64,000 nucleotides of DNA from an uncultured Actinomycetes bacterium (lineage in GTDB: Bacteria; Actinomycetota; UBA4738; HRBIN12): assembly GCA_963799625.1 (NCBI GenBank), contig CAWCXU010000001.1, forward strand, positions 57,979 to 121,978, written 5' to 3'. The translations under genes and the position numbers were made by a program. The notes below the pieces were generated by a model. That model worked only from the letters and a program-made list of their open reading frames with translations, was not told the DNA's origin and made no database searches. Shown here piece by piece: positions 1 through 11,291 of this stretch; within the stretch, counting starts at the first letter, position 1, and the number at the start of each line of letters is the position of its first letter.

Positions 1-126
1 GTACGCGATCACGAGCTTCGTGTAGATCCCGAGGATGTGGCTCTTCCACGAGCGCTTCGGCGTGCGATGCGGAGCCGGCGCCAGTTCGACGGGGAGCGGC
101 TCGGCCGTTTCGACGCTCGCGCTCAC
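1..126 (-). CDS. Polyamine-type ABC transporter permease (PotC-like), 5' fragment running off the window
   Basis: GTG at 126 overlaps the upstream permease stop (GTGA); reads VSASVETAEP...KSHILGIYTKLVIAY, the start of a TM segment; operon position. Confidence 0.6.
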   Translation of the reverse strand, partial: MSASVETAEPLPVELAPAPHRTPKRSWKSHILGIYTKLVIAY

Positions 127-993
127 ACGTACTCCTCGATCTGTCGGGTCCCGAGGACACGGGCGTAGATCAAGATCCCGATCATCAGCCCGATCATCAG
201 GATGAACGCCAGGGCCGACGCGAGCGGGTAGTTCTGGTCGTTCAGGAACTCCCGCTGGACGATGTTGCCGATCATCGTCGTGTTCGTGCCGCCGAGGATG
301 TCGTTGTTCACGTAGTCGCCGACGGCGGGGATGAACGTGAGCAGGAACCCCGCGAAGATCCCCGGGATCGACAGGGGCAGGATCACCTTCAGGAAGACCT
401 GCCGGCTCGAGGCGTACAGGTCGCTCGCCGCCTCCACGACCGCCCGGTCGACCTTCTCCAGCGACACGTACAGCGGCAGCACCATGAAGGGGAGCGAGTT
501 GTACGCGATCCCGGAGATGACCGCCGTCGACGTCCCCAACACGTGGAACCCCTGCGGCAGCACGTGGATCCGCTCCAGGTTCGAGAACACGATCCCGTCG
601 CTCGACAGCAGGAACTGCCAGGCCAGCGACCGGATCACGAACGACACGAAGAAGGGCAACAGGATCAGGAACAGGTACGTCGTCTTCTGCGTGCCGCCCT
701 TGAACGCGATCCAGTACGCGACCGGATAGCCGACCACGAGCGTGACCGCGGTGACGATGCCGGCGTACACGAGGGACCGCACGAACTGCACGTGGTACTG
801 GGACCACGCCTGCGAGTACTGCGAGAAGTGCCAGGTGAACTGGTAGCCGGCCTGCTTGAACCCGACGGTCGGGCAGCGGGGTCTCGAGCGAGAGCACGAG
901 CATCGCGAACATCGGGATCAGGAAGAACACGACGAGCCACAACGCGCCGGGCCCGGTCAGGCCGTACGGAGCCAGGCGCCTGCCGAGGCGCAC
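123..993 (-). CDS. Polyamine-type ABC transporter permease (PotB-like), apparent frameshift near 875
   Basis: ORF 123-791 has the EAA loop (EAASDLYAS) and TM helices. The N-terminus (VRLGRRLAPYGLTGPGALWLVVFFLIP) is in another frame from GTG 993 and joins PTVGFKQAGYQFTWHF after a 1-nt shift. Confidence 0.8.
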
Positions 994-1013
994 CTTCCCG
1001 GGCGTTGCCGCGG

Positions 1014-2264
1014 CTAGCCCGTGATGATCGGGTCGAAGATGCTGTTCCACTCGTTCAGGTCCGATGTCCCCTTGTACACGTAGTACTGGTGCGTCTTCGC
1101 GTACATCGCCTGATCCGGGAACACGAGCGGGCTCGCGGCGACGGCGGCACCGCCCGGAAGGGTCTCGACGATCTTCTTGGCGTCCGGCACCGGCGTGACG
1201 TACCAGATGTAGTTCGCCAGGGCCGCCGCGACCTGCGGCTCGTAGACGTAGTTCATGTAGGTGATCGCATCGAGGGGATCGGCGGCCCCCGCCGGGATCA
1301 GCATGTTGTCGTGCCAGAACATGACGCCCTCATCGGGCACGACGAACTTCAGCTCGGGATAGCCCGACTCGTTCGCGAGGAAGATGTCGCCCGACCACGC
1401 CTGCGTGAGCCACGTGTCGCCGTTCTCGAGCTTGTTGACGTAGCCCTGGTCGTAGTAGCCGAGCGGGATGCCGTCCTTCTTCTGCTGCTGCAGGACCTCG
1501 GCGGCCTTGTTCCAGTCGTCGGGGGTCGACGTGGAGGGCTCGATCCCGAGCTTCAGCAAGCCGATGCTTCCGAGCTCGGTGTTGTCGCTCATCATGCCGA
1601 CGTGCCCGGCGAGCGCGGGTTCCCAGAGGTCGTTGAGGCTGGTGGGCTCGCGGCCGAGGGCCTGGGTCGCCTGCGGGCTGTACGCGATGCCGGTGAACCC
1701 CGACTGCCACGTGACCGAGAACTTGTTCCCGGGGTCGTAGGAGGGGTTCTTGATCGAGTCGCTCGCGTACTTGGTGAAGTTCGGCAGCAGCGACATGTCC
1801 AGAGGGATCAGCCAGTCGTTGTCGATCAGCTCGGAGAGCTGGGCGCCGTTCGTGATCACGATGATGTCCCAGCCGGTCGGCTTGTCCTGCTGCAGCTCCG
1901 GCGAGATCTTCGCGTAGAACGCCTGGTTGTCGTTGATGACCGGCTTGTAGTTGACCTGGATGCCGGTCTGCTGCTTGAAGGTGTCGAGCGTCGGGTGGGT
2001 CCCGTGGCTCGTGTCGATGTAGTACGGCCAGTTCGCGAAGTTCAGCTGGTGGTTCAGCTGCTGCGCGCTCCAGTCGAAGGTCGCGGGGCTGCTGGAGCCC
2101 GCCGCCGCGCTGCTCGAGCCCACGCCGCACGACGCGAGGAAAGCGGTGAGGCCTGCGGCGCCGAGGCCCATACCGGCGTAGCGGAGCGCATCTCGCCGCG
2201 AGATCCGCCGTTGTGTGAGTCCACGCAGCAGCGCCTGGTCCAAACGAGGATCCTGGGGATCCAT
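1014..2264 (-). CDS. Polyamine ABC transporter substrate-binding protein (PotD/PotF-like), Tat lipoprotein
   Basis: Twin-arginine SRRDALRY, FLASC lipobox, NFANWPYYID, WQSGFTGIAY, AWSGD, PDEGVMFWHDNM motifs. Confidence 0.85.
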   Translation of the reverse strand: MDPQDPRLDQALLRGLTQRRISRRDALRYAGMGLGAAGLTAFLASCGVGSSSAAAGSSSPATFDWSAQQLNHQLNFANWPYYIDTSHGTHPTLDTFKQQTGIQVNYKPVINDNQAFYAKISPELQQDKPTGWDIIVITNGAQLSELIDNDWLIPLDMSLLPNFTKYASDSIKNPSYDPGNKFSVTWQSGFTGIAYSPQATQALGREPTSLNDLWEPALAGHVGMMSDNTELGSIGLLKLGIEPSTSTPDDWNKAAEVLQQQKKDGIPLGYYDQGYVNKLENGDTWLTQAWSGDIFLANESGYPELKFVVPDEGVMFWHDNMLIPAGAADPLDAITYMNYVYEPQVAAALANYIWYVTPVPDAKKIVETLPGGAAVAASPLVFPDQAMYAKTHQYYVYKGTSDLNEWNSIFDPIITG

Positions 2265-2596
2265 ATCCCTCTCCCTTCGTTCACCGCGGCCGCGGCTCGT
2301 TCCGGCGCACCGGACCTCGGACAGGAACCCGATGGCGGGACAGGGTGTTGGCCTGTGAGTAGTTCGCCCCGGCCGGGGAAGATGTTGTTGCGGAAGTGTG
2401 GCGATTCGGACGCACCTGATGCTTCGGAACCGCTCTGATCGAGGTTCCTTTGGTCGACCAGCCCCGCGCCGGGGGTCTTTTCTATATCCAGATGTTGGAA
2501 CAGAGTTCCACTAAGCGGACAGCGCTCGGCGGGGCGATCAAGGAACCGCACCCTCGGTGGTTGCCACTGCTGCCGCCGCTGCCGCACCGTAGGTGG

Positions 2597-3907
2597 GTGT
2601 CCGCGCGGCGCCTCCTTCCCCTCCTGACGGTTGCCGCGCTGACCGCCGGCTGCACGTCGACGAGCGGATCGACGAGCGGATCGACCACCGCGACGTCGAT
2701 ATCGCCCGCCCCGAGCGCCACGACTCCCGCGCCCATTTCCTCGGCGCAGGTGTCTGCGAGCCGCATCACCTTGAAGCTGCCGGGCGGGCGTGGGTCCTTC
2801 CTGGTGCGAGGCCTGTATCCGAAGAGCACCTCGACGTGCAAGCACGTGCACCGCGGGAAGCTAGAGGCGCGCTACCCGGGGACGCTCTCGATCAAGAGCG
2901 CCGATGACGGGAGCCTGTCGATCATGCTGACGCTGCCGTTCGAGCGCTACCTGGAGGGGCTCGCCGAAGTGCCGCCGACGTGGCCGGCCGCCGCGCTCGA
3001 GGCCCAGGTGATCGCGGCGCGCACGTATGCCCTGTCCCACATCGGTTGGACGGGACAAGAGGGCGAAGCACTCCAGACACCGATCTGCGCCACGACGGAT
3101 TGCCAGGTCTACGGTGGCATCGCGGTGCCTCCCACACCGGGCATCCAGCGCTGGGATGCGGCCGTCGCGCGGACGCAAGGCCAAGTACTCCTCTACGGAG
3201 GCCGCCCCGCAGATACCGTCTACTTCTCGACGTCGAACGGGCACACGTACGGGAACGACCAGGTGTTCGGGAGCGCTCCGTTGCCGTACCTGCGACCGGT
3301 CGTGGAACGCGACGACCATGCCTCGCCGACGTCGCACTGGAGCGTGCCGCTGCCGTACGGTCCGCTCGCGACGTTCCTTCATGCGGGGGGCCTCTGGCCG
3401 GCGACCGCCAAGATCACCTCGGCGGACAGCACCGGATCGACGGTGCAGGTCGCCGGACCCAGCACGTCGAGGTCGATCGACGCAGGGACGTTCCGCGACA
3501 CGGTGAACGCGTGGGCGTCGTGCCTGATGCCGGGGAGGTATCCGACCGACGCGCTGCCCACGACGATCCCGTCGGATTGGTACAGAGTGACGTCGGGCGC
3601 ACACGGCGCGGCGGCGGTCGGGCGCGGCTGGGGTCACGGCGTCGGGATGGTGCAATGGGGCGCGTACGGCAGGGCGAAGAAGGGTTGGTCCGCCGACCGG
3701 ATCTTGGGCTTCTACTACGGCGGGCTCACGCCCACCCGCTACCCGGAGCCGGGCTTGATCCACGTCATCGTGACGTCCGGCCTCCAGACGCTCGCCGTGA
3801 GGCCACCGCCCGCCGGCGCCACGATGAACGGACAGCCGATCGGACCCGCGCCGCTGCGCCTGACCGGTCAAGGCGGTGTCGTCACCGCATCGGATCGATC
3901 CGCATGA
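2597..3907 (+). CDS. SpoIID/LytB-domain lipoprotein (putative lytic transglycosylase/PG hydrolase); start uncertain, ORF open from 2450
   Basis: LTAGC lipobox, Ser/Thr linker, YLEGLAEVPPTWPAAALEAQVIAARTYA, CATTDCQVY, GWGHGVGMVQWGA, ILGFYYGG. Confidence 0.85.
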   Translation: MSARRLLPLLTVAALTAGCTSTSGSTSGSTTATSISPAPSATTPAPISSAQVSASRITLKLPGGRGSFLVRGLYPKSTSTCKHVHRGKLEARYPGTLSIKSADDGSLSIMLTLPFERYLEGLAEVPPTWPAAALEAQVIAARTYALSHIGWTGQEGEALQTPICATTDCQVYGGIAVPPTPGIQRWDAAVARTQGQVLLYGGRPADTVYFSTSNGHTYGNDQVFGSAPLPYLRPVVERDDHASPTSHWSVPLPYGPLATFLHAGGLWPATAKITSADSTGSTVQVAGPSTSRSIDAGTFRDTVNAWASCLMPGRYPTDALPTTIPSDWYRVTSGAHGAAAVGRGWGHGVGMVQWGAYGRAKKGWSADRILGFYYGGLTPTRYPEPGLIHVIVTSGLQTLAVRPPPAGATMNGQPIGPAPLRLTGQGGVVTASDRSA

Positions 3908-3940
3908 GCCCGCCCGCCCGACGCACAGCGGGATCGGTCG

Positions 3941-5107
3941 ATGCCTGAGCGGGAGCAGCGCGTCACGCCCATCGAGCTGTTCTTCGACCTCGTGTTCGTC
4001 TACGCGATCACGCAGGTCACGACGATGATGTCGGAGGATCTCACGTGGCAAGGCCTCGGTCGAGGGCTCCTCGTGCTCGCCGCCCTCTGGTGGGCGTGGA
4101 CCGGTTACGCCTGGCTCACGAACATGCTCGAACCCGAGGATGGTCTCGCTCGCGCCGGGATGTTCTGCGGGATGGCGGCGATGCTCGTCGCCGCGCTTGC
4201 CGTTCCTGGGTCGTTCGGTCGGGAGGCCGTGCTGTTCGGCGTCGCGTACCTGCTCGTTCGTGTGATCAACCTGCTGCTTTATGGGATCGCGGGGAAGCGC
4301 CAGCCGGACTTCCGACGGGCCATCGTGCGGTTCGCACCCATGGCTGTGATCGGTCCGATCCTGATCCTGGCGGCCGGCTTCTTCGATGGCGCCGCGCAGG
4401 TCGTGCTCTGGGTGATCGCGATCCTCGCGCTCTACTCCGGTCCGCTGATAGACCGAGGGCAGGGCTGGCAGATCTCGCCGGCGCACTTCACCGAGCGATA
4501 CGGGCTCATCGTGATCATCGCCCTCGGGGAGTCGATCTTCGCGATCGGATTCGCGGTCGCGGGAGTAGACCTGACGGCCTCGGTCATCGCGGCGGCGGTC
4601 CTGGGGCTCGCGGTGATCGCGGCCCTGTGGTGGGCGTACTTCGACGTGATCGCCGTCCTGGGGGAGCAGCAACTGTCGCGCACGAGCGGCGCGACCCGCG
4701 CCCGGGTCTCGCGCGACGTCTACAGCTACCTCCACCTGCCGATGATCGCGGGGATCGTGCTGTTCGCTCTGGGGCTCAAGATCACCACGCACGATGTCGA
4801 CGAGCCCTTGGCGATGCTCCCGGCCGTCGCCTTGTGCGGAGGCCTCTCCCTCTTCTACTGGGCTCACGTCGGGATGCGCATCCGCCTCGTGCACTTCATC
4901 CGCCGCACGACCGAGGAACGTCCCGGATGGATCGGTCCGGGCAGGTTCGCCGCCGCGATCGGCACGCTGGCCTGTATCCCGGCGGCGCTGACGCTGCCCT
5001 CGCTCGCCGCACTCGCGCTGGTCGCCGCGGTCTGCTGGGCGCTGATCGTGTGGGACGTGCTCCACTATCGGGAGCAACGAGTGGAGGTCCGCCAAGCGCG
5101 CCACTAG
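3941..5107 (+). CDS. ltrA: Low temperature requirement protein A family membrane protein
   Basis: VTPIELFFDLVFVYAITQ, WWAW, HFTERYGLIVIIALGES, YSYLHLPMIAGIVLFA. Confidence 0.85.
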   Translation: MPEREQRVTPIELFFDLVFVYAITQVTTMMSEDLTWQGLGRGLLVLAALWWAWTGYAWLTNMLEPEDGLARAGMFCGMAAMLVAALAVPGSFGREAVLFGVAYLLVRVINLLLYGIAGKRQPDFRRAIVRFAPMAVIGPILILAAGFFDGAAQVVLWVIAILALYSGPLIDRGQGWQISPAHFTERYGLIVIIALGESIFAIGFAVAGVDLTASVIAAAVLGLAVIAALWWAYFDVIAVLGEQQLSRTSGATRARVSRDVYSYLHLPMIAGIVLFALGLKITTHDVDEPLAMLPAVALCGGLSLFYWAHVGMRIRLVHFIRRTTEERPGWIGPGRFAAAIGTLACIPAALTLPSLAALALVAAVCWALIVWDVLHYREQRVEVRQARH

Positions 5108-5198
5108 ACGGCACGGATATGGCGTTGACCAGGTCAGATATGCGACGGATGGCCGACCGGAAGTCACTGTGCGCCCGAACCAGGGACGATAGGGCTCG

Positions 5199-6233
5199 AT
5201 GGACGCCTTGACCAAGCAGGCACCGGGCCCCGGGCTCACCCTCACGCAGGTGCCCGAGCCCGAGATCGGGATCAACGACGTGCTGATCCGTGTGGATCGG
5301 ACGGGGATCTGCGGCACCGATGTCCACATCGCCGATTGGAACGAGTGGGCCCAGCACGCGGTGACGCCGCCGCTCGTGGTCGGCCACGAGTTCGTCGGCG
5401 AGGTCGTCGACGTCGGCTCCAACGTCAACGACTTCCATCCGGGCGAGCTCGTAAGCGGGGAGGGGCACGTGGTCTGCGGGCGGTGCCGCAACTGTCTCGC
5501 CGGCCGGCGGCACCTGTGCGCGAACACCTCGAGCGTCGGAGTGGACCGCCCGGGCGCCTTCGCCGAGCTGATCGCGCTGCCGATGACCAACGTCTGGCAC
5601 CACGACCGGGCGATCGATCGGGACGTGGCGGCGATCTTCGACCCGTTCGGCAACGCCGTGCACTCGACACTGACCTTCCCCGTGCTCGGGGAAGACGTCC
5701 TGATCACCGGGGCCGGGCCGATCGGGCTCATGGCCTGCGCGGTCGCGCAGCACGCCGGCGCGCGCTACGTGGTCGTGACCGACGTGAACCCCGTCCGGCT
5801 GGAGCTCGCCAAGCGCCTCGGCGCGACGCTCGCGGTCGACGTCCGCTCGACCCGGATCGACGAGGTCCAGCACGAGCTCGACATGCGGGAAGGCTTCGAC
5901 GTCGGGCTCGAGATGAGCGGGAACCCCGACGCGCTCCACGAGATGGTCGCGAACATGTGTCACGGCGGGAAGATCGCGTTGCTCGGTCTGCCCGACGAGG
6001 ACTTCGCGATCGACTGGAGCGCGGTGATCCACGACCAGCTGACGATCACCGGCGTGTTCGGCCGCGAGATGTACGAGACCTGGTACATGATGACCGTGAT
6101 GCTCCAGGGCGGCCTCGACGTGTCGCCGGTGATCACGCACCGGTTCCACTACACGGCGTACGAGGAGGCGTTCGAGGCGGTGCGCTCGGGCAACGCCGGC
6201 AAGGTGCTCCTGTACTGGCGGGAGGAGCCGTGA
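5199..6233 (+). CDS. tdh: L-threonine 3-dehydrogenase
   Basis: GICGTD, GHEFVG, CGRCRNC Zn cluster, [24 protein letters not shown]; coupled to kbl. Confidence 0.93.
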   Translation: MDALTKQAPGPGLTLTQVPEPEIGINDVLIRVDRTGICGTDVHIADWNEWAQHAVTPPLVVGHEFVGEVVDVGSNVNDFHPGELVSGEGHVVCGRCRNCLAGRRHLCANTSSVGVDRPGAFAELIALPMTNVWHHDRAIDRDVAAIFDPFGNAVHSTLTFPVLGEDVLITGAGPIGLMACAVAQHAGARYVVVTDVNPVRLELAKRLGATLAVDVRSTRIDEVQHELDMREGFDVGLEMSGNPDALHEMVANMCHGGKIALLGLPDEDFAIDWSAVIHDQLTITGVFGREMYETWYMMTVMLQGGLDVSPVITHRFHYTAYEEAFEAVRSGNAGKVLLYWREEP

Positions 6234-7408
6234 TCGGCGAGGTGCGGGGGCAGCTCGACGCGGAGCTGGACGCGATCCGCGAGGCGGGCACGTTCAAGAC
6301 CGAGCGCGCCATCTCGTCGGCACAGGGGCCGCACGTGACGATCGCCGGGCGCGACGGCGACGTCGTGAACCTCTGCGCGAACGACTACCTCGGGCTCGCG
6401 AACCATCCTGAGGTCGTGGCCGCGGCGCACGAGGCGTTGGACCGGTGGGGGTTCGGGGTCGCGTCGGTGCGATTCATCTGCGGCACGCTCGAGCTGCATC
6501 AGCGATTGGAGGCTGCGCTAACCGCGTTCCTCGGAACCGAGGAGACCATCCTGTACCCCTCGTGCTTCGACGCGAACGGCGGGCTCTTCGAGACGCTGCT
6601 CACCGAGGACGACGTGGTCGTCTCCGACGCGCTCAACCACGCGAGCATCATCGACGGGATCCGGCTGTGCAAGGCCAAGCGGCTACGCTACGCGAACGGC
6701 GACATGCAGGAGCTCGAGTCGCGTCTGAAGGAGGCGGAGCGAGCCCGGCGGATCCTGATCGCGACCGACGGCGTGTTCTCGATGGACGGCTACATCGCCG
6801 ACCTCCCGGCGATCTGTGACCTGGCCGACCGGTACCGCGCGCTGGTGATGGTCGACGACTCGCACGCGGTCGGCGTGCTGGGCGCACACGGACGCGGCTC
6901 GCCCGAGCATCACGGGGTCACGGAGCGGATCGACATCCTGACCGGGACGCTCGGCAAGGCCCTCGGGGGTGGAGGCGGGGGCTACACGAGCGGGCGGCGC
7001 GAGATCGTCGGGTTGCTGCGGCAACGGTCGCGACCGTACCTGTTCTCGAACAGCATCACGCCGGTCGTCGCGGCGGGGTCGCTGCGGGCGATCGAACTCC
7101 TGTCGTCGTCGACCGAGCTCGTCGACCGGTTGCGCGCGAATACGAAGCTGTTCCGGTCGCTCATGGCCAACACGGGGCTCGACGTGCTCCCCGGGGAAGG
7201 GCCGATCGTGCCGGTGATGATCGGCGACGAGCAACGGCTGACGCCGATCACCGCGGCGGCATTCGAGGAGGGACTGCACGTCGTCGGGTTCTCTTACCCG
7301 GTGGTGCCGCTCGGCACGGCTCGGATCCGCACGCAGGTCTCGGCCGGGCACAGCGAGGAGGACCTGCGGTTCGCCGCCGACGTGTTCGCACGAGTGGCTG
7401 CCGGTTAG
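6230..7408 (+). CDS. kbl: Glycine C-acetyltransferase (2-amino-3-ketobutyrate CoA ligase)
   Basis: GTG overlapping tdh stop; [48 protein letters not shown] lysine, RPYLFSN, ARIRTQ. Confidence 0.93.
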   Translation: MIGEVRGQLDAELDAIREAGTFKTERAISSAQGPHVTIAGRDGDVVNLCANDYLGLANHPEVVAAAHEALDRWGFGVASVRFICGTLELHQRLEAALTAFLGTEETILYPSCFDANGGLFETLLTEDDVVVSDALNHASIIDGIRLCKAKRLRYANGDMQELESRLKEAERARRILIATDGVFSMDGYIADLPAICDLADRYRALVMVDDSHAVGVLGAHGRGSPEHHGVTERIDILTGTLGKALGGGGGGYTSGRREIVGLLRQRSRPYLFSNSITPVVAAGSLRAIELLSSSTELVDRLRANTKLFRSLMANTGLDVLPGEGPIVPVMIGDEQRLTPITAAAFEEGLHVVGFSYPVVPLGTARIRTQVSAGHSEEDLRFAADVFARVAAG

Positions 7409-8589
7409 GCGGCCGCCCCGGTCCGCAGTCCGCGGGTCGCGACCCACACGATCGTGATCGCCACCACCAGCCCGACCGCGGAGCCGACGAACAGCTGCGG
7501 AGGCCCGACGTGCTGATAGACCCAGCCGCCGACCACGCTGCCGATGATCGGGGCAAGCGCGGCGGTGCACATCTGGGCGAGCGTCTGTCCGGTGTTGCGC
7601 AGCCGGTCGGGCACGAGGGTCCCGGTCATCACCACCACGCTGACATAGACCAGCCCGAACCCGACGCCCACGGCGATCCGGATCGCCGTCACACCCGCCG
7701 GCGCCGAGACGACCGACCACGCGAGCGAGGCCGCCACGTAGACCGCGCCGCCGGCGACGAACAACCGGCGAGTGCCGAACCGGGCGATCAGCGAACTGCT
7801 CGAGCGCATGAACGGGATCTCGACGAAGGCTGAGACGCCGGCCGCGATCCCGACCAGGAACGGCCCGCCGCCGCCGGACTCGATCCGGAGCGGCACGAAG
7901 TCCCACGAGGCGTGCTGGGCGGCTCCGAACAGGAGGAGCCCGAGCAGGTAGAGCGGGAGGCGCGGCACGTGCGTGAGCGCGTCGCCGAACGAGCCGAGCC
8001 GCGAGGTCGTCTCTTGTGGCGCGGGGCGTGTCTTGGGGAACCGCCCGACGTAGACCGCGCACGCCGCGAGGCCGACCGCGTACACCGGGATCATCCACTC
8101 GAGGCCCGTCCACTGGAACAACGCACCGAGCGCGATCGCACCGACACCCCACCCGACGCTCGCCCAGAGGCGGAAGGCGCCGTAGGTATGGAGGCGGTCG
8201 GGACCGAGGAGCTCGACCGCGAGCGCATCGGTGAGCGGCGTGACCGCCGACGTCGACGCCGACAGGAGCGCGACCGCGGCCATCACCGCGGCCAGGACCG
8301 ATCCCGTGACGGCGAGGATCAGGGTCGACACCGTCGCGGCGATGAGCGCCCACTGGAGCGCCCGGGTGGTGCCCGCTCGCCGATCCGCCGCGTGGCTCCA
8401 GAACGGCGCGGCCGCGATCGAGGCCAGCGCGCTCGCGCCGAGCACCAGCCCGATCTCGGTCGGGGAGAACCCGCGCCCGTTCAGCCACAGCACGAAGAAC
8501 GGGATGAACCCGGACGCGACGAACCACGCGAGCGCGAACAGGCGCCGAAGGCGCAAGTCGAGGATCGCGGCGTCGGGCGCGGGCTCCAT
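7405..8589 (-). CDS. MFS transporter (nucleoside:H+ symporter-like)
   Basis: About 12 hydrophobic segments; [12 protein letters not shown] loop; [12 protein letters not shown]; ATG at 8589. Confidence 0.8.
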   Translation of the reverse strand: MEPAPDAAILDLRLRRLFALAWFVASGFIPFFVLWLNGRGFSPTEIGLVLGASALASIAAAPFWSHAADRRAGTTRALQWALIAATVSTLILAVTGSVLAAVMAAVALLSASTSAVTPLTDALAVELLGPDRLHTYGAFRLWASVGWGVGAIALGALFQWTGLEWMIPVYAVGLAACAVYVGRFPKTRPAPQETTSRLGSFGDALTHVPRLPLYLLGLLLFGAAQHASWDFVPLRIESGGGGPFLVGIAAGVSAFVEIPFMRSSSSLIARFGTRRLFVAGGAVYVAASLAWSVVSAPAGVTAIRIAVGVGFGLVYVSVVVMTGTLVPDRLRNTGQTLAQMCTAALAPIIGSVVGGWVYQHVGPPQLFVGSAVGLVVAITIVWVATRGLRTGAAA

Positions 8590-8618
8590 CCGCGCGCATC
8601 GTAGGCGCGGCGCCGGAC

Positions 8619-10208
8619 CTACGCGGTCACGCCGCCGTTCGGGTTGATCTCGAAGATGGCCACATCGCGGCTCACGCCCTTCAGCTCGATCCCTTCGACC
8701 GGCGTGGCTCGGACGAGGTCTCCGACGGCTTCGAGGGTGGGTTCGGTCACGAGGATCTGCCCCGCGGTCGCGTTGTCCGACAGGCGGGATGCGAGGTTCA
8801 CTTCGTTGCCCAGCACCGTGTAGTCGCTTCGGGCCTCCGACCCGATGTCCCCGACGGTGACCCACCCGGTCGTGATCCCGACCCCGACCTGGAATGCCTC
8901 GTTGTAGCGCGCCGCCCACTCGGCCTGCATCGAGCGCATCCGCTCGCGCATCTCGAAGGCCATCCGCACGGCGCGTTCCGCGTGATCGTCCTGCCGGACG
9001 GGGTCGCCGAAGAACACCATCAACGCGTCGCCCACGTATTTGTCGAGCGTCCCGCCGTTCCTGAAGACGATCTCGGTCATCTCCGAGAGGTAGTCGTTGA
9101 GCTGCGCGATCAGCTCGTCGGGCTCCATCCGCTCCGAGGCCGTCGTGAACCCGCGCACGTCGGAGAAGAACGTCGTGAGGTACTTGCGGCGCGATCCGAG
9201 GTCCAGGTCGCCGTCGCCCTGGATGATCGAGGCGGCCAGCTGCGGCGACAGGTACCGCTTCAATCGCGACATCCGTTCGAGCTCAGAGACCTTAGTATCG
9301 ACCGTCTCCTGGAGGTTGGTGTTGAGGGTCTCAAGGTCGCGGTAGGCGCCGGACAGGCGACCGGCCGTGAGGTTGAGGTTGGTGGCGAGGGAACCGAACT
9401 CGTCGCGGTTCGGCACGCTCACCCGGACCGCGAAGTCACCGCCCGCGATGCGCGCGAGCGCGGTGTCGACCTTGCGCACCGGCCGGATCAGCGACCACGA
9501 CAAGATCGCGCCCAGCGCGAGCGCGGCAAGCAAGCTCAACCCCGAGATCACGGCCACCACGCCCGTGAGGAGGCGGCGGTTCCTCGCGAAGGAGTCCGTC
9601 TCGGCGAGGAAGACGGCCTGTGAGGTTGCGATCAGATCGTTGAGCTCGGCCTCGAGCACGTGCGACTGCGTGTGCTCCTTGGCGATGTGCGCGTGGATCG
9701 CGCGTTGGATGAGCCCGGCATCGAACAGCTTCGTCACGCCGTCGCTGTCGCTCCGGTAGACCTCGTTGTCCGAGGCGATCCTGTCGAAGGCCCCGGGCGG
9801 CGATCCGATCGCGTAGGTCCGGATCTCCGACAGGTTGGTGTCGAACTCCGCCTTCGCCGCATAGATCTTGTCGGTCCAGTACGGGTCCGTGGGGTCGGTG
9901 AGGAGCGCCATGGCGCGGTAGTGACTCTGCGCGGTGACCTCGTAGATCATCTCGCGCGCCTGGTTCACCTGATTGCTGAGCAAGGTGAGCCGCACGACCT
10001 GGCTGTCGATCCGTTCGAGGACGACGACGCACACAACGCCCATCGACAACAGCAGCAGCGCGATCACGAGGAACCCCGCGAGGAGTTTGTGGTGCACCGT
10101 CGCCTTGACACGCGCCACGGCGTCGACGAACGGCCCGAGGAACCGGGGCGGCTGTCCGAAGTCGCCGGGATCCGGGGTCGCGAGCTCACGATCGGCGGTG
10201 GTCGACAT
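8619..10208 (-). CDS. Membrane receptor class III adenylate cyclase (TM-helical sensor-TM-HAMP-cyclase)
   Basis: Two TM segments, HAMP (PVRKVDTALARIAGGDF...RDEFGSL), FFSDVRGFT, LDKYVGDA, DYTVLGNEVNLASRL. Confidence 0.88.
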   Translation of the reverse strand: MSTTADRELATPDPGDFGQPPRFLGPFVDAVARVKATVHHKLLAGFLVIALLLLSMGVVCVVVLERIDSQVVRLTLLSNQVNQAREMIYEVTAQSHYRAMALLTDPTDPYWTDKIYAAKAEFDTNLSEIRTYAIGSPPGAFDRIASDNEVYRSDSDGVTKLFDAGLIQRAIHAHIAKEHTQSHVLEAELNDLIATSQAVFLAETDSFARNRRLLTGVVAVISGLSLLAALALGAILSWSLIRPVRKVDTALARIAGGDFAVRVSVPNRDEFGSLATNLNLTAGRLSGAYRDLETLNTNLQETVDTKVSELERMSRLKRYLSPQLAASIIQGDGDLDLGSRRKYLTTFFSDVRGFTTASERMEPDELIAQLNDYLSEMTEIVFRNGGTLDKYVGDALMVFFGDPVRQDDHAERAVRMAFEMRERMRSMQAEWAARYNEAFQVGVGITTGWVTVGDIGSEARSDYTVLGNEVNLASRLSDNATAGQILVTEPTLEAVGDLVRATPVEGIELKGVSRDVAIFEINPNGGVTA

Positions 10209-10295
10209 CGTGGGCCCCCTCCCAACTGGTCGACGTGCGCTGGACCGCTCAATGTAGTCGCGCGCGACCAGCACTGCCACCGGTAGGGTGCAGGG

Positions 10296-11291
10296 ATGCG
10301 TTTGGGCTTCGGGCTCATCACGTGCCAGCGGTTCCCGGGTGATCCGCGCAGTGACGAGGACCTCTACGCGGACGGGCTCGACCTGGCGGTGTTCGCCGAG
10401 GAACTCGGGTTCGATTCGGTGTGGGTGTCAGAGCATCATTTCGTGGACGACGGCTACATGCCGTCACTGCTGCCGATGTGCGCGGCGATCGCCGCGCGCA
10501 CGAGCCGGGTCGAGATCGGCACCGGCCTGCTGCTGATCCCGCTGCACGATCCGCTCCGGATCGCCGAGGATGTCGCGGCCGTCGATCTGATCTCGCGCGG
10601 GCGGTTGATCCTCGGGCTGGGGCTCGGCTGGCGCGCCGAGGAGTTCGAGGGGTTCGACGTGCCGCCCGGGGAGCGCGCTGGGCGGCTGGAGGACGCGGTC
10701 TCGGTGCTCCGCGGGGCGTGGGCCGGCGAGCCCGTGTCGGGGGAGGGCTCAGAGGTGATCGTGACGCCGCGGCCGCGCCGCGCGGGCGGACCACCGATCT
10801 GGATCGGCGCGTCAGCGGAGCGCGCGGTGCGGCGGGCCGGCCGGATCGCCGACGGGTTCATCGCCAGCGGTGACATGCCCGAGGCGTTCGGTGAACAGGT
10901 TCGCTGGGCGATGGACGAGCGCGGTGGGCGCCCCTTCGCCGTCGGTCTGCATATGTCGACCTTCGCGTGGAACGGTCCCGACGCGTGGGAGTTGATCCGG
11001 CCGCACCTTCGGTACGTGTCGTGGAAGTACGACGACATGGAGGACGCGCGCCTGCGATCGGGGCCGTCGATCGCGCCCCCGCCGATGACCGCCGAGGAGG
11101 AAGGGGCGCTTCGCGACGAGATCGTGCTCGGCACGCCGCCCGAGGTGGCCGAGCGGATCCGAGGTTACGAGGACACCGCCGGCACCGAGCTGCACTTCAT
11201 GGCCGACCTCTACTGGCCCGGGATGGAGCCGTCGCTGCAACGCGAGACGATGCGGATCTTCGCCGAGGAGGTCGCGCCCCTCCTGCGCTAG
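10296..11291 (+). CDS. LLM class flavin/F420-dependent oxidoreductase
   Basis: AEELGFDSVWVSEHHF, TSRVEIGTG, RIAEDVAAVDLISRGRLILGLGLGW, PPIWIGA. Confidence 0.88.
   Translation: MRLGFGLITCQRFPGDPRSDEDLYADGLDLAVFAEELGFDSVWVSEHHFVDDGYMPSLLPMCAAIAARTSRVEIGTGLLLIPLHDPLRIAEDVAAVDLISRGRLILGLGLGWRAEEFEGFDVPPGERAGRLEDAVSVLRGAWAGEPVSGEGSEVIVTPRPRRAGGPPIWIGASAERAVRRAGRIADGFIASGDMPEAFGEQVRWAMDERGGRPFAVGLHMSTFAWNGPDAWELIRPHLRYVSWKYDDMEDARLRSGPSIAPPPMTAEEEGALRDEIVLGTPPEVAERIRGYEDTAGTELHFMADLYWPGMEPSLQRETMRIFAEEVAPLLR

Noticed and set aside
2660-2700. 12-bp repeat TCGACGAGCGGA x2
   Set aside because: Encodes the STSGSTSG low-complexity linker of the SpoIID lipoprotein.
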